From the NCBI GenBank assembly GCA_030652245.1, contig JAUSBB010000138.1:1-50799 (forward strand): a stretch of DNA of 50,799 nt, given 5' to 3'. Position 1 is the stretch's first letter. Each line of letters starts with the position of its first letter. Origin of the DNA: Rhodocyclaceae bacterium. Its GTDB lineage: Bacteria; Pseudomonadota; Gammaproteobacteria; Burkholderiales; Rhodocyclaceae. This document shows positions 20,729 through 33,834 of this stretch, piece after piece. A program made the position numbers and the translations under genes. Below the pieces are notes generated by a model. The model did not search any database. It was not told the origin of the DNA and saw nothing but the letters and a program-made list of their open reading frames with translations.

Positions 20729-23629
20729 GTGAATAAACCAGGCAAATCAACGTCAACCAAGGCATCACTGCGGGTATCGCTGCTGACGGCATTGCTGACA
20801 TCCGCTTTTGGTGTCGCGGGTGTTTCAGATGCGCAGGCGGCGGGCCTGGGCAAGCTCACCGTGTATTCGGCCATTGGTCAGCCGCTGAATGCCGAGGTGG
20901 CGTTGACGGCGACGCCGGAAGAAATGTCTGCGCTGTCGGCCAAACTGGCTTCGCACGACGACTTCAAAAAAGCCGGCATCGAATTCATGTCGGCGCTCTC
21001 CGGTTTGCGCTTGAGTGTGGCAAAGCAGCCGGACGGCCAGCCCGTGCTGAAGTTGACCACCGAGCGGCCGCTCAATGAGCCTTTCCTGCATTTTCTCGTC
21101 GAATTGAACTGGACTGCGGGCCGTTTGGTGCGGGAATACACCTTCTTGCTCGACCCGCCCGAAATGCTGCAGGCGGCCAGACCGGCCTCCGTGGTCACCC
21201 CCGTGGTTCCCCCTGTTTTCCCGCAAGCAGTGCCGGTGCCCACCGTCCCCGCCAAGGCGCAGGCCGAACCCCGCCCCGTGCGTTCCGCCGATGCCGCGCC
21301 GGCCGTGGTCGCCAAATCCGCCAAACCCAAACCGCGCGCCGTCCCGGCAAGCGAACCGTCGGTCGTCATGCCAAGTACCGGAGGGCGTCAGGTCAAATCC
21401 GGCGATACCCTGAGCAAAATTGCCTTGGAGAACAAGCCGGCGACCGTCGGCCTCGACCAGATGCTGGTGGCGCTGTTCAACAGCAACCGCGAAGCCTTTG
21501 ACGGCAACAACATGAACCGTCTGCGTGCCGGCAGGATTCTGCGTCTGCCCGATCCGGGCGAGGTGGCTGGCGTCGATGCTGGCGAGGCGCGCAAGTTGAT
21601 TGTTGCGCAGACCGCCGATTTCAACGCTTACCGACGCAGCCTTGCCGGCGCCGCCGCGCTGGCGCCGGCCACCGAGACGCCGCCGCAGCAACGCGCCGCC
21701 GGCAAAATCAAGCCGCAGGTCGAGAGCAAGGCGCCGCCTGTCGCGGCCAAGGACAAGCTGGAGGTTTCGCCCACCGAAGCCGCCAAATTCGCCGGAGCTG
21801 CCAAAGCCTCTGGCGCAGCGAGCAAGGCCGCCCTTGAAGAAGATTTGATTGCCCGTGACAAGGCCTTGCGCGAGGCCTCCGGCCGGATCGCGGAACTTGA
21901 AAAAAATCTCGAAAATCTCAAGCATCTGGTTGAACTGAAGAGTCAGGCCGGCGCCCAGGTGCAGCAGCAGGCGCAGGCCGCCTTGCCCAAGCCCGCGGAA
22001 GTGAAGAAACCCGAACCGGCGCCGACCGTCAAACCAGTCGCGGAGCCTGTATCGGCGCCACCGCCCGCCGTTGCGGTGAAACCGGTCGAGGCCGCAGCGC
22101 CCGTTGCAGAAAAGCCAGCGGAAGCTCCACCAGAAGCCAAACCGGCCGAACCGCCGCCCGTAGCCGTCGCACCGCCCCAGCCCGCGGCGAAAAAACCGGC
22201 TGCTCCGCCACCGCCGCCACCGCCGGAACCCAGCTTTATCGAAGAAAACCCCGAGCTTGTTTTTGGCGGCGGCGGTTTGCTCGCCCTCCTGCTCGGTTAT
22301 CTGGGCTTTTCCGCCTATCGCAGGAAAAAGCAGGCGCGGGAAGAAATTGCGCAGCATGATGAACCCGGCGTTGCCGGCGCCCTGGCGGCGCGCCCGGGTG
22401 CGGTAGCCGGCGCGGCCAGCGAAAGCGTGGATAGCGGTGAAGTTTCCATCCAGGGCGACTTCAGTGAAGGCGGCGTGCTGACGACCGCTGAAAGCGTCGA
22501 TCCGGTCGCCGAGGCTGAAGTCTACATGGCCTACGGTCGCGACAGCCAGGCCGAGGAAATTCTGCAAGAAGGTCTCAAGACCGATCCAACCCGCACCGCC
22601 ATTCATCTCAAGCTGCTTGAGCTCTATGCCAATCGCAAGAGCGTGCCACGCTTTGAATTTGTGGCGAACGAACTGCATGGCCTGAATGGCGGCAAGGGGC
22701 CCGACTGGGACAGAGCTGTCGCGCTGGCGGCGGGCCTGGGCTTGACAGGCGGACTGTTCGCGGTTGTGGCGGTGGCGAGCCCGGCGGTCTTCGCTCCTGC
22801 CGAAGCGGCTCTGGCAGCGGAAGCGCAACCCCCTGCCGAGGAGGAGGTCGGTTCTTTCGATTTTGATCTCGATCTTGGTACCGCCAGTGGGGTCAGTGGA
22901 GTCAGTGGATTAGCGGTTGCCGCGGAACCGGCTGGGCAGCAACCCGCGGCTGAAGCGGCGGGCCTCGACTTTGATTTTGATCTGGGTTCCCCTACGCAAA
23001 ATCCGCCGCCGGTCGCGATGGCTGAAACTGCGGCAGTTGAAGGCAATGTTGTTGACTTTTCACTGGATATCGGCAGTTCGACCGAGGCCCCGGCAGTGGA
23101 ACCCGCAGTTGCCGCTGGCAATGAGATCGAATTCGATCTTGATTTAGGTTCGGCCCAGGTAACTCCGGTCGCCGTCGAGATTGCGGAACCTGTTGCAAAA
23201 AGTGGTGCGGGCGAGCTTGATTTCGACTTCGATCTGGAGTTGGGGGCCGAAGAGCCAACACCGGTCGGGGTCGAAACCGAGCCCCGCGCAACCGCAACGG
23301 GTGCCGAGCCTCTTGTCGCGCTTGATCTTGCGGGAATCAATTTCGATTTGGGCGAGACGGGTTCCAAGGCAGAGCAAGGTGCGCCCGCCGAGGAGGCAAC
23401 CGAGATGGCGGAAGAGGCAGCGCCAGCGGTTGAGCAGGATGCAGCGTCCAAAGAGGTTGCCGCGGAAACGGATGACTCGGAAGTGGCGACCAAGCTGGAA
23501 CTTGCCCTGGCCTATGAGGAAATGGGTGATCGGGAAGGCGCACGCGAGTTGCTGAACGAGGTTCTCAACGAGGGTAGCCCAGCCCAGCAGGGCCAGGCGC
23601 GCGCGCGACTCGATCAGTTGGATCTTTGA
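20729..23629 (+). CDS. fimV: FimV/HubP polar landmark protein
   Basis: GLGKLTVYSAIGQPL, LysM-like segment, coiled coil, TM, acidic FDFDL repeats, C-terminal TKLELALAYEEMGD; GTG start after GGAGG. Confidence 0.92.
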   Translation: MNKPGKSTSTKASLRVSLLTALLTSAFGVAGVSDAQAAGLGKLTVYSAIGQPLNAEVALTATPEEMSALSAKLASHDDFKKAGIEFMSALSGLRLSVAKQPDGQPVLKLTTERPLNEPFLHFLVELNWTAGRLVREYTFLLDPPEMLQAARPASVVTPVVPPVFPQAVPVPTVPAKAQAEPRPVRSADAAPAVVAKSAKPKPRAVPASEPSVVMPSTGGRQVKSGDTLSKIALENKPATVGLDQMLVALFNSNREAFDGNNMNRLRAGRILRLPDPGEVAGVDAGEARKLIVAQTADFNAYRRSLAGAAALAPATETPPQQRAAGKIKPQVESKAPPVAAKDKLEVSPTEAAKFAGAAKASGAASKAALEEDLIARDKALREASGRIAELEKNLENLKHLVELKSQAGAQVQQQAQAALPKPAEVKKPEPAPTVKPVAEPVSAPPPAVAVKPVEAAAPVAEKPAEAPPEAKPAEPPPVAVAPPQPAAKKPAAPPPPPPPEPSFIEENPELVFGGGGLLALLLGYLGFSAYRRKKQAREEIAQHDEPGVAGALAARPGAVAGAASESVDSGEVSIQGDFSEGGVLTTAESVDPVAEAEVYMAYGRDSQAEEILQEGLKTDPTRTAIHLKLLELYANRKSVPRFEFVANELHGLNGGKGPDWDRAVALAAGLGLTGGLFAVVAVASPAVFAPAEAALAAEAQPPAEEEVGSFDFDLDLGTASGVSGVSGLAVAAEPAGQQPAAEAAGLDFDFDLGSPTQNPPPVAMAETAAVEGNVVDFSLDIGSSTEAPAVEPAVAAGNEIEFDLDLGSAQVTPVAVEIAEPVAKSGAGELDFDFDLELGAEEPTPVGVETEPRATATGAEPLVALDLAGINFDLGETGSKAEQGAPAEEATEMAEEAAPAVEQDAASKEVAAETDDSEVATKLELALAYEEMGDREGARELLNEVLNEGSPAQQGQARARLDQLDL

Positions 23630-23682
23630 CCCTCGGGTCACCGCAGCCACGGCGTTGCCCGACGCCGTGGCCCAGCTCCCCG

Positions 23683-24276
23683 ATGTGGCATCCGGTATCG
23701 CTGTTGCTTTCATGGCTGGCCTTTGCCTTGATTTTGCAATGGTTGCCGCCGCCTCTGCTGATGGGGCTCGCTGCGTTGTGTCTGGTTCTGGCGCTGACCC
23801 TGGCGGCCGAACGCAGTCGTAACCTGCTCATGCGTTCGCGCTGGTTGCTGTTGTCGCTGGCCGTGTTGTTCCTGTTGCTTACCCCTGGTGAATTCCTGCC
23901 GGGTATTGGCGGTGATCTGCGGCTGACCTACGAAGGGCTGTGGCATGCCGGGGAGCAATTGAGCCGCTTGCTGGCGATGCTGGCCAGTCTGGCCTTGCTG
24001 CACCAGCAGGTGGGTACGTCGGGTCTGCTGACGGGTCTTTATTGTCTGCTGAGACCGTTTGCCTGGCGAGAACGCACGGTGGTGCGCTTGATGCTGGTGC
24101 TCGAATTTGTCGAGCAAAAACAGCGGATCGACTGGCGGGAATGGTTCACCTTGAAGGATTCACACGTTACATCTCCCGAGAGTTTCAGTTTGCCAATGCC
24201 GCCGTTCCATTGGCAGGACAAACTGCTGATCGGCAGCTTGCTGGCAATGATTTCTGCTTTGGTATTCTGGCTGTGA
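23683..24276 (+). CDS. EcfT/CbiQ-like membrane protein
   Basis: HP-containing N-terminus, several TM segments, R..VRL.L.LE.V motif. Confidence 0.6.
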   Translation: MWHPVSLLLSWLAFALILQWLPPPLLMGLAALCLVLALTLAAERSRNLLMRSRWLLLSLAVLFLLLTPGEFLPGIGGDLRLTYEGLWHAGEQLSRLLAMLASLALLHQQVGTSGLLTGLYCLLRPFAWRERTVVRLMLVLEFVEQKQRIDWREWFTLKDSHVTSPESFSLPMPPFHWQDKLLIGSLLAMISALVFWL

Positions 24277-25067
24277 GAATCGCGCTCTGCGTCGAATACG
24301 ACGGTGCGGGATTCGCCGGCTGGCAGTCTCAGCCTTGCGGCAATACCGTGCAGGATGTCCTGGAGGCGGCGCTGGCGCGGATCGCCGGTGCGCCGCTCAG
24401 GGTCGTTTGCGCCGGACGAACCGATGCCGGGGTGCATGCGCTTGCTCAGGTTGTGCATTTTGATACCGCGCAGGAGCGTCCGGTCACGGCCTGGGTGCGC
24501 GGAACCAACGCCTTTTTGCCGGCGGCGGTGGTGGTGCGCTGGGCCGCGCCGGTTGCCGACGATTTTCATGCGCGGTTTGCCGCGCGCGGGCGCGCTTACC
24601 GCTACGTTCTGCTCAATCGACCCGAGCGCCCCGGCGTGTTTGCCGGGAAAGTGGGCTGGTGCCATCGTCCGCTGGATGTCGCGGCGATGCAGGCGGCGGC
24701 GGCCTGCCTGGTTGGCGAGCACGATTTTTCCGCTTTTCGGGCGTCAGGTTGTCAGGCCAAGTCCCCCGTCAAGACGCTATATCGCTTTGACATTGCCAGG
24801 GAGGGCGACCTGATCCTGTTCGACTGTTGCGCGAACGCGTTCCTTCACCATATGGTGAGGAATCTCGTTGGCGCCCTGGTCTATGTCGGCATGGGACGCC
24901 GCTCGCCGCAGTGGCTGGGCGATTTGCTGGCGACCCGTGATCGGCGCCTGGGTGCGCCGACCTATGCGCCGGATGGACTGTATCTCGCCGGGGTGGATTA
25001 CGGCGATGCGTGGGGATTGCCCCGGCAGGGACGTATCATGGCGCACTTACCCTTGCCTACTGACTGA
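24273..25067 (+). CDS. truA: tRNA pseudouridine(38-40) synthase
   Basis: [28 protein letters not shown]; GTG start. Confidence 0.96.
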   Translation: MRIALCVEYDGAGFAGWQSQPCGNTVQDVLEAALARIAGAPLRVVCAGRTDAGVHALAQVVHFDTAQERPVTAWVRGTNAFLPAAVVVRWAAPVADDFHARFAARGRAYRYVLLNRPERPGVFAGKVGWCHRPLDVAAMQAAAACLVGEHDFSAFRASGCQAKSPVKTLYRFDIAREGDLILFDCCANAFLHHMVRNLVGALVYVGMGRRSPQWLGDLLATRDRRLGAPTYAPDGLYLAGVDYGDAWGLPRQGRIMAHLPLPTD

Positions 25068-25070
25068 ATC

Positions 25071-25697
25071 ATGGGTCGAACCCGTATCAAGATTTGCGGT
25101 ATCACCCGCGCCATGGACCTCGATGCCGCCCTGCGAGCCGGCGTCGATGCCGTCGGTTTTGTGTTTTACCCGCCGAGTCCGCGCGCGCTGTCCCTGGAGG
25201 TGGCCGCCGATCTGGTGCGGCGTGTGCCGCCTTTCGTGACGCGCGTCGGCTTGTTCGTCAATGCTGAGCCCGCCAGCGTGCGGCAGACTATGGCTGTCGC
25301 GCCTATCGATCTCCTGCAGTTTCATGGCGAAGAAAATGCGCAGTACTGCGAACAGTTTGGCTTGCCTTATCTCAAGGCGGCGCGGGTTCGCCCGGAACTC
25401 GATCTGCTAGAATTCGCCCGTGCTTATCCGTCAGCCCAGGGCCTGCTGCTCGACGCTTGGGTAGAGGCGTATGGGGGCGTGGGTCAATCGTTCGATTGGT
25501 CGCTGATTCCGGGAAATTTGCCGTTGCCAATGGTGCTATCTGGTGGTCTTCATGCAGGCAACGTCGCTGAAGCTGTAGCTAAAATACATCCTTGGGCGGT
25601 AGATGTCAGCAGCGGTGTCGAGTCTGCCAAGGGGGTCAAAGATGCCGACAAGATCGCCGCCTTCGTTGCGGCAGTGAGAACAGTAGATGCCAGATAA
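25071..25697 (+). CDS. trpF: Phosphoribosylanthranilate isomerase
   Basis: [21 protein letters not shown]. Confidence 0.96.
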   Translation: MGRTRIKICGITRAMDLDAALRAGVDAVGFVFYPPSPRALSLEVAADLVRRVPPFVTRVGLFVNAEPASVRQTMAVAPIDLLQFHGEENAQYCEQFGLPYLKAARVRPELDLLEFARAYPSAQGLLLDAWVEAYGGVGQSFDWSLIPGNLPLPMVLSGGLHAGNVAEAVAKIHPWAVDVSSGVESAKGVKDADKIAAFVAAVRTVDAR

Positions 25698-26892
25698 TCA
25701 ATACAACATGCCCGACGATCATGGGCATTTCGGCAAATATGGCGGCATTTTTGTTGCTGAAACGTTGATACCCGCCCTAGCGGAACTTAACGCTGCCTAT
25801 GCGGCCGCCAAAGCCGATCCAGCTTTCCGGGCCGAGTTCGAGTACGAATTGGCTCATTACGTAGGTCGTCCCAGCCCGATCTACCATGCCAGGCGTTGGT
25901 CGGAACGGCTGGGTGGCGCGCAGATCTATCTCAAGCGCGAAGACCTCAACCATACTGGCGCCCACAAGATCAACAACTGTATTGGCCAGGCGCTCCTGGC
26001 GCGACGCATGGGCAAGCGGCGGGTGATCGCCGAGACCGGCGCGGGGCAGCACGGCGTCGCCTCCGCGACCGTCGCCGCGCGTTATGGCATGGAGTGCGTG
26101 GTTTACATGGGCAGCGAGGACATCAAGCGTCAGGCCGCCAACGTTTACCGCATGAAATTGCTGGGCGCCAAGGTAGTGCCAGTCGAGTCGGGGTCGAAAA
26201 CCCTCAAGGATGCCTTGAACGAGGCTATGCGTGACTGGGTGACCAATGTTGCCGATACCTTTTACATCATCGGCACGGTGGCGGGGCCGCATCCGTATCC
26301 GATGATGGTGCGCGATTTTCAGGCGGTGATCGGTCGGGAGTGTCTTGGCCAAATGTCGGCGCTGGCGGGACGGCAGCCCGATGCGGTGATTGCCTGCGTC
26401 GGCGGCGGCTCCAACGCCATGGGGATTTTCTACGACTACATTCCCGATGCGGCGGTCAAGCTGGTCGGCGTCGAGGCGGCGGGGCACGGCATGGCCAGCG
26501 GCAAGCATGCCGCTTCATTGACGGCTGGACGCCCCGGCGTTCTCCACGGCAACCGCACCTATCTGCTGCAGGACGCCAACGGCCAGATCATCGAAACCCA
26601 TTCGATTTCCGCAGGGCTCGACTATCCCGGTGTCGGCCCCGAGCATGCCTGGCTGAAGGACACCGGCCGGGCGGAATATGTCACCGTGACCGACGACGAG
26701 GCGCTGGCCGCCTTCCACGATCTGTGCCGCGACGAGGGGATCATCCCGGCGCTCGAATCAAGTCATGCGTTGGCTTATGCCACGCGACTGGCGCCGACGC
26801 TGCCGAAAGACAAAATCCTGCTCGTCAATCTGTCTGGCCGGGGCGACAAGGACATGCATACTGTTGCTGAAAAATCGGGGATTCAGTTCTGA
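25687..26892 (+). CDS. trpB: Tryptophan synthase beta chain
   Basis: [36 protein letters not shown]. Confidence 0.98.
   Translation: MPDNQYNMPDDHGHFGKYGGIFVAETLIPALAELNAAYAAAKADPAFRAEFEYELAHYVGRPSPIYHARRWSERLGGAQIYLKREDLNHTGAHKINNCIGQALLARRMGKRRVIAETGAGQHGVASATVAARYGMECVVYMGSEDIKRQAANVYRMKLLGAKVVPVESGSKTLKDALNEAMRDWVTNVADTFYIIGTVAGPHPYPMMVRDFQAVIGRECLGQMSALAGRQPDAVIACVGGGSNAMGIFYDYIPDAAVKLVGVEAAGHGMASGKHAASLTAGRPGVLHGNRTYLLQDANGQIIETHSISAGLDYPGVGPEHAWLKDTGRAEYVTVTDDEALAAFHDLCRDEGIIPALESSHALAYATRLAPTLPKDKILLVNLSGRGDKDMHTVAEKSGIQF
26351..26374 (+). repeat. 24-bp intragenic motif, copy 4 (trpB)
   Basis: AAATGTCGGCGCTGGCGGGACGGC; different frame, reads QMSALAGRQ. Confidence 0.9.
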
Positions 26893-26894
26893 TC

Positions 26895-27712
26895 ATGTCA
26901 AGGATTACTGCAAAATTTGCCGAGCTTGAGTCGAGCGGCCCTCATGAAAAAAGAGCGGCCCTGATTCCCTTTATCACCGCCGGCGATCCCGAGCCCGGGC
27001 AGACGGTGCCGCTGATGCGGGCGCTGGTCGCGGGCGGCGCCGACATCATCGAACTCGGCGTGCCGTTTTCCGATCCGATGGCGGACGGACCGACGATTCA
27101 GCGGGCTTCCGAACGTGCGCTGTCTTTCGGCGTCAGCCTGCGCGCCGTGCTGGGCATGGTGCATGAGTTTCGCAAGACGGATGCGACGACGCCGGTGGTG
27201 CTGATGGGTTACGCCAATCCCATCGAGGCGTATGGTGCTGAAGCTTTTGCCAAGGATGCGCAGACTGCCGGTGTCGATGGCGTGCTGGTTGTCGATTACC
27301 CGCCGGAAGAATGCGCCGAGTTTTCGCGCCTGCTGAAGCAATTCGCCATCGATCCGATTTTCCTGCTGGCGCCAACTTCGGTCGAGTCGCGCTTTGCCGA
27401 CGTGGCCCAACTGGGCAGCGGTTATATCTATTACGTCTCGCTCAAGGGCGTGACCGGGGCGGCGACCATCGACCTCGACGAAGTGGCGCGGCGCATTCCG
27501 AATATTCGCGCCAAGGTCGGCATGCCGGTCGGCGTCGGCTTCGGCATCCGCGATGCCGCCAGCGCGGCCCGTATCGCCAGCGTCGCCGATGCCGTGGTCA
27601 TCGGCAGCAAAATCATCGAAACCATCGAACAGGCGCCTGCCGGAACCGCGCCGGCGTGTGTCACCGCCTTTCTGCGCGAAGTGCGCATAGCCATGGACAA
27701 AGGGGTTCAAGC

Positions 27713-27716
<4 letters not shown>
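26895..27716 (+). CDS. trpA: Tryptophan synthase alpha chain
   Basis: [26 protein letters not shown]. Confidence 0.97.
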
Positions 27717-28581
<865 letters not shown>

Positions 28582-28582
<1 letters not shown>

Positions 28583-29892
28583 TGACCGCCACGCCAGCTT
28601 GCCTCGACGACTGGCTGGATCATCTCGAACGTCTGCACCCGCGCGGTCAGGCGGGCATCGAGCTTGGGCTGGAACGCGTGCGGCAGGTCAGCGCTGTCTT
28701 GCAGCAGCGCCAGGACTGCCCGGTCATCACCGTGGGCGGAACCAATGGCAAGGGTTCGACCTGCGCCATGCTTGAGCGCATTCTGCTGGCCGCCGGCTAT
28801 CGCGTCGGCGTCTACACTTCGCCCCATCTGCTGCGTTACAACGAACGGGTGCGCCTGAATGGCGTGCCGGCGGATGACGCGGATTTCTGTGCGACGTTTT
28901 CCCGGGTCGAGGCGGCCAGAATCAACGCGGGTGATGTGCCGCTCACCTATTTCGAGTTCGGCACGCTGGCGGCCTGGGAAATGTTTGCCGTCGCCGGGCT
29001 TGACGCGATCATCCTTGAAGTCGGCCTCGGTGGCCGGCTGGATGCCACCAACATCTACGATGCCGACTGCGCGATTGTGGCTGCCGTTGGGCTGGATCAC
29101 ATGGATTATCTGGGCCCGACGCGCGAGCATATCGGGCGCGAAAAGGCCGGCATCTGTCGTGCCGGGCGACCACTGATCTGCGGCGATGCCGAGCCGCCGC
29201 AAAGTCTGATCGAAACCTGCCGTCTCGCCAGCGCCGACTTTTGGCAGATTGGCCGTGACTTCGGTTTTCTGAAGCAGGAAGGGCAATGGCAGTACTGGGA
29301 GAATGACGGCCGCAAGCTTGGTGGCCTGGCCTTCCCGGCCTTACGCGGGGATTGCCAGTTGCACAACGCCAGTTGCGCCATTGCCGCGCTGTATGCCTTG
29401 CATGACCGGCTGCCGGTTGCGGTGCAGGATATCCGGCGCGGCCTGGCCGAAGTCGCGGTGGCCGGCCGCTGCCAGGTTTTGCCGGGGCGGCCGCAGGTCG
29501 TGCTTGATGTCGCCCACAACCCGCAGGCCGCTGTGGCGCTTGCGGCGAGTCTCTCCGGCATGGGGTTTGCGCGAACCACCTGGGCGGTGTTCGGCATGAT
29601 GGCGGACAAGGACATTGCCGGCGTGATCGCGGCGATCCGTCATCGGATTGACCGCTGGCTGCCCTGCGATCTGCCGGGGCAACGTGCGGCGACTGCCGCC
29701 GACCTTGCCGAGGTCATCGCAAAAGTCGGTATTGGCGAGACGGCAGGGCAATTTTCTTCACCCGCGGCGGCGCTTGCCCATGCAGAAGAGAAGGCGGGCG
29801 ACGATGATAGAATTCTCGTCTTTGGATCGTTCCTGACGGTGGCGGGTGTGATGCGCCCGGATCCTGTTCAACCTCCTGGCCGCAAGACGTGA
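28582..29892 (+). CDS. folC: Dihydrofolate/folylpolyglutamate synthase
   Basis: GTNGKGS, YTSPHL, EVGLGGRLDATN, DVAHNP. Confidence 0.96.
29219..29242 (-). repeat. 24-bp intragenic motif, copy 5 (folC)
   Basis: + strand GCCGTCTCGCCAGCGCCGACTTTT; reads CRLASADF. Confidence 0.92.
29721..29744 (+). repeat. 24-bp intragenic motif, copy 6 (folC, degenerate)
   Basis: AAAAGTCGGTATTGGCGAGACGGC, 3 mismatches; reads KVGIGETA. Confidence 0.75.
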
Positions 29893-29893
29893 C

Positions 29894-30595
29894 ATGGCAC
29901 AAGAAGACAAGCGCAGCGAAACTGGTGGCGATGGCGGAAAATCCGGTGACGGCGGCCCGGCGGATGATGCGACGCTGCTGAAAAAGCGCGCACGGCGGCG
30001 CCTGATCGGCGCAGTGGCGCTGGCGCTCCTGGCCGCCATTGTTTTGCCGATGGTGATGGATCATCAGCCGGCGCCGCCCCTGAAAGATATTCAGGTACGC
30101 ATTCCCAGTCCGGACGAGGGTGTGACGCAGCGCGTGACCGGGAAACTTGCCGCAGTACAGCCCAAGGGCGGAAAGGTGGAAACGCAGGGGGCACCTCCCC
30201 CGGCCGAACCGGCGTCGCCCGTCAAGCCGATCAGCAAGGAAGCGCCGCCGGCACCGCCTAAACCTCCTGCCCCCGCCGAAAAACCCGAAGCCAAGCCCGT
30301 TGCCAAGGTCGAGCCCAAGCCCGAAGCGCAGGCAGAATCCAAGTCCGCTGCTGAGAAGAGCGTCGGCGAAGCTTGGGAGGTGCAACTGGGCGCCTATCAG
30401 AATCCGGCCAGCGTCACCATCCTGATCGGGAAGCTGAAGCAACTCGATTTGCCGACCTACACCGAAAAAGTTGATACCCCGAACGGGCCGCGCACGCGCG
30501 TGCGCGCCGGACCCTTTCCCACGCAAGAGGCCGCCGAGAAGGCGCGGGTGCGCGCCAAGATCATCGGCGTCGATGGCCCGGTGGCCAGAAAATAA
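29894..30595 (+). CDS. dedD: SPOR-domain cell division protein DedD
   Basis: RARRRLIGA + TM, Pro/Ala/Lys linker, SPOR domain (VQLGAY, RVRAGPF). Confidence 0.88.
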   Translation: MAQEDKRSETGGDGGKSGDGGPADDATLLKKRARRRLIGAVALALLAAIVLPMVMDHQPAPPLKDIQVRIPSPDEGVTQRVTGKLAAVQPKGGKVETQGAPPPAEPASPVKPISKEAPPAPPKPPAPAEKPEAKPVAKVEPKPEAQAESKSAAEKSVGEAWEVQLGAYQNPASVTILIGKLKQLDLPTYTEKVDTPNGPRTRVRAGPFPTQEAAEKARVRAKIIGVDGPVARK

Positions 30596-31099
30596 GTGAC
30601 GGTTTTTGATTTTGTCGTGATCGGGGCGGTGCTGCTATCCCTGACGGTTGGCGCCTGGCGCGGCGTGGTGAGTGAAATCCTGGCGCTGGTTGCCTGGGTA
30701 GTGGCTTTTCTCGCGGCGCGCACCTGGGCGACGCCGGCGGGTGGTTGGCTGGCGACCGGGCTGGCCGATCCGCTTGCGGAGCCGCTGATGCAGCAAGTGA
30801 CGGGGTTTGTTGCCATCTTTGTCGCCGTCCTGATACTGTTCGCCCTGGCGCGCTGGATGGCCTCGCTGTTGTTGCGGGCGGTCGGACTGGCGCCGCTGGA
30901 CCGGGTGCTGGGTTCGCTGTTCGGTATTGCGCGCGGAATTTTGGTGGTGTGGGTGGGGGTGTTGCTGGCCGGGCTGACCGCCCAGCCGCAACAGCAGTGG
31001 TGGCGGCAGGCGGTATTGGCGCCGCCGCTTGAAACGGCGGTGCTGGCGGCCAAGCCCTGGTTGCCGCCGGATTTGGCAAAACGGATTCGCTACCGATAG
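30596..31099 (+). CDS. cvpA: Colicin V production protein CvpA
   Basis: G.WRG.V.E, DRVLG.LFG.ARG; directly upstream of purF. Confidence 0.92.
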   Translation: MTVFDFVVIGAVLLSLTVGAWRGVVSEILALVAWVVAFLAARTWATPAGGWLATGLADPLAEPLMQQVTGFVAIFVAVLILFALARWMASLLLRAVGLAPLDRVLGSLFGIARGILVVWVGVLLAGLTAQPQQQWWRQAVLAPPLETAVLAAKPWLPPDLAKRIRYR

Positions 31100-31108
31100 G
31101 GTCGAACA

Positions 31109-32632
31109 ATGTGCGGTATTTTGGGCGTGGTAGCCACCACGCCGGTAAATCAGTTGCTCTACGACGGTTTGCAGGTTTTGCAGCATCGCGGTCAGGATGC
31201 GGCCGGCATTGCCACGGCGGAGGGCGGGCGCTTCCTCATGCACAAGGGGCCGGGGCTGGTGCGCGATGTGTTCCGCACCCGCAACATGCGCGGTCTGGTC
31301 GGCAACTGGGGCATCGGCCACTGCCGCTACCCGACGGCCGGCTCGGCCTACAACGCCGCCGAGGCGCAGCCCTTCTACGTCAATTCGCCCTTCGGGCTGA
31401 TGCTGGCGCACAACGGCAACCTGACCAATGCCGAAATGCTGAAGCGCGACATGTTCCTGCAAGACCTGCGGCACATGAACACCAACTCGGATTCCGAGGT
31501 GCTGCTGAACGTTCTGGCGCACGAGTTGCAGGTGGCCTCGACGAAATACCAGGTTGATGCCGAGACCATCTTCAAGGCGGTGGCCGGCGTGCATCGGCGC
31601 GTCAAGGGCGCCTATGCGGTGGTGGCGATGATCGCCGGCTACGGCCTGCTGGCCTTCCGTGATCCCTATGGCATCCGTCCGCTGGTGATCGGCAAGAACG
31701 AGACGCCGCTGGGCATGGAATACCTCGTGGCATCGGAGAGCGTGGCGATCGACACGCTCGGCTTCCAGTATCTGCGCGATGTCGAGCCTGGCGAGGCGGT
31801 GCTGATCGACACGCGCGGCCAGTTCATCAGCCGGCAGTGCGCGGCCAAGACCATGCATGCCCCCTGCATGTTCGAATATGTCTATCTGGCGCGTCCCGAT
31901 TCGCTGATCGACGGCGTCTCGGTGTATGGCGCGCGCGTCAAGATGGGTGAGTTTCTCGCCGACAAGATTCGCCACACCATGCCGCATCTGGCCATCGACG
32001 CGGTGATCCCGATCCCCGATTCGAGCCGGCCATCCGCGCTCGAACTGGCCCGGCGGCTCGCGGTGCCGTACCGCGAGGGCTTCGTCAAGAACCGCTATAT
32101 CGGCCGCACCTTCATCATGCCGGGGCAGGCTTCGCGCCGCAAATCGGTGCGCCAGAAACTCAATGCCATGGCGCAGGAGTTTCGCGGCAAGAATGTGTTG
32201 CTGGTCGACGACTCCATCGTGCGCGGCACCACCAGTCGCGAGATCATCATAATGGCGCGCGAGGCCGGTGCGAAGAAAGTCTATTTTGCTTCAGCCAGTC
32301 CGCCGGTGCGCTTTGCCAATGTCTATGGCATCGACATGCCGACGCGCGCCGAACTGATCGCCTCGCATCGCAGCGACGAGGAAATCTGCCGCGAGATCGG
32401 CGCCGATGCCCTGATCTACCAGGACCTCGATGCGCTGAAAGTTGCCGTGAGTTCCCTCAATCCGGCGCTGACGAACTTCGATACCTCGTGCTTCGATGGT
32501 CATTACATCACTAACGACATCAGCGCGGATTACCTGGCCAGTGTTGAAAGCGCGCGCGGCAAACCCACCCAGCAACACGACAGCGATGACGAAGGCGGCC
32601 AACTGGACCTTAACCTGGTGAGCTCCATATGA
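31109..32632 (+). CDS. purF: Amidophosphoribosyltransferase
   Basis: N-terminal [20 protein letters not shown]. Confidence 0.98.
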   Translation: MCGILGVVATTPVNQLLYDGLQVLQHRGQDAAGIATAEGGRFLMHKGPGLVRDVFRTRNMRGLVGNWGIGHCRYPTAGSAYNAAEAQPFYVNSPFGLMLAHNGNLTNAEMLKRDMFLQDLRHMNTNSDSEVLLNVLAHELQVASTKYQVDAETIFKAVAGVHRRVKGAYAVVAMIAGYGLLAFRDPYGIRPLVIGKNETPLGMEYLVASESVAIDTLGFQYLRDVEPGEAVLIDTRGQFISRQCAAKTMHAPCMFEYVYLARPDSLIDGVSVYGARVKMGEFLADKIRHTMPHLAIDAVIPIPDSSRPSALELARRLAVPYREGFVKNRYIGRTFIMPGQASRRKSVRQKLNAMAQEFRGKNVLLVDDSIVRGTTSREIIIMAREAGAKKVYFASASPPVRFANVYGIDMPTRAELIASHRSDEEICREIGADALIYQDLDALKVAVSSLNPALTNFDTSCFDGHYITNDISADYLASVESARGKPTQQHDSDDEGGQLDLNLVSSI

Positions 32633-33804
32633 ACGAAAAACCGCAATATCAGCTTGATACCCTGGCGGTGCGCGCCGGCCAGGAACGCAGCCAGTTTGGC
32701 GAGCATAGCGAGGCGCTTTACCTCACCTCCAGTTTCGTCTTCGCCAGCGCGGCACAGGCGGCGGCGCGTTTTTCGGGTGAAGAGGAAGGCAACGTCTATT
32801 CGCGCTTCACCAATCCCACCGTCACCATGCTGCAGGAGCGGCTGGCCGCCCTGGAAGGCGCCGAGGCCTGCATTGCCACCGCCAGCGGCATGGCGGCGAT
32901 CCTGTCGACCCTCATGGCATTGCTCAAGGCCGGTGACCATATCGTCGCGGCGCGCGGCATCTTCGGCGCCAGCCAGCAGATGTTCGGCAACATCATGCCG
33001 CGCTTCGGCGTCACCACGACATTTGTCACCGGCAGTGCGCCGGCGTCCTTCCGGGCCGCGCTGCAGCCCAATACCAAACTCGTTTTCATTGAAACACCGT
33101 CGAACCCGCTCACCGAAGTGTTCGACATCGCCGCGTTGGCGGATATTGCCCATGCGGCGGGCGCGCTGCTCGTGGTCGACAACTGTTTCTGCACGCCAGT
33201 CTTGCAACGCCCGCTCGAATTGGGCGCCGATCTCATCATTCATTCGGCCACCAAATATCTCGATGGCCAGGGCCGCGTGCTGGGTGGCGCGGTGTGCGGC
33301 GGCAAGGGCCCGGTCGAGGAGGTTTTCAAGTTCATGCGCACGGCCGGGCCGACGCTCTCGGCCTTCAATGCCTGGGTCATCCTGAAGGGCCTCGAAACGC
33401 TCAAGATCCGCATGCAGGCGCAGTCGGCCAGTGCGCTCGATCTCGCGCGCCGGCTCGAAGCCTTGCCCGGCGTGGCGCGGGTGTTCTATCCGGGCCTGCC
33501 CTCGCATCCGCAACATGCACTGGCCATGCGCCAGCAGGCGACGGGCGGCGCGATTGTCGCCTTCGAGGTGAAGGGCGGGAGAGCGGAAGCCTGGCGCGTC
33601 ATCGATGCCTGCCGGATGCTCTCGATCACGGCCAATCTGGGCGACGTGAAAACCACCCTGACCCATCCGGCCTCCACGACCCACGGCCGCATTTCCCCCG
33701 AGGCGCGCGCCGAATCCGGCATCACCGAAGGCCTGCTGCGCGTTGCCGTCGGCCTGGAAGCCGTTGACGACATCGAAGCCGACCTGCGCCGCGGCCTGAG
33801 TTGA
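32629..33804 (+). CDS. metZ: O-succinylhomoserine sulfhydrylase
   Basis: [27 protein letters not shown]; purF-metZ synteny. Confidence 0.92.
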   Translation: MNEKPQYQLDTLAVRAGQERSQFGEHSEALYLTSSFVFASAAQAAARFSGEEEGNVYSRFTNPTVTMLQERLAALEGAEACIATASGMAAILSTLMALLKAGDHIVAARGIFGASQQMFGNIMPRFGVTTTFVTGSAPASFRAALQPNTKLVFIETPSNPLTEVFDIAALADIAHAAGALLVVDNCFCTPVLQRPLELGADLIIHSATKYLDGQGRVLGGAVCGGKGPVEEVFKFMRTAGPTLSAFNAWVILKGLETLKIRMQAQSASALDLARRLEALPGVARVFYPGLPSHPQHALAMRQQATGGAIVAFEVKGGRAEAWRVIDACRMLSITANLGDVKTTLTHPASTTHGRISPEARAESGITEGLLRVAVGLEAVDDIEADLRRGLS

Positions 33805-33834
33805 TCCCTGACACCTGATTCCTGATTCCCGAAA

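Noticed and set aside
22850-23350. Repeated FDFDLDLG-type acidic motifs in FimV
   Set aside because: A normal feature of the FimV/HubP cytoplasmic region.
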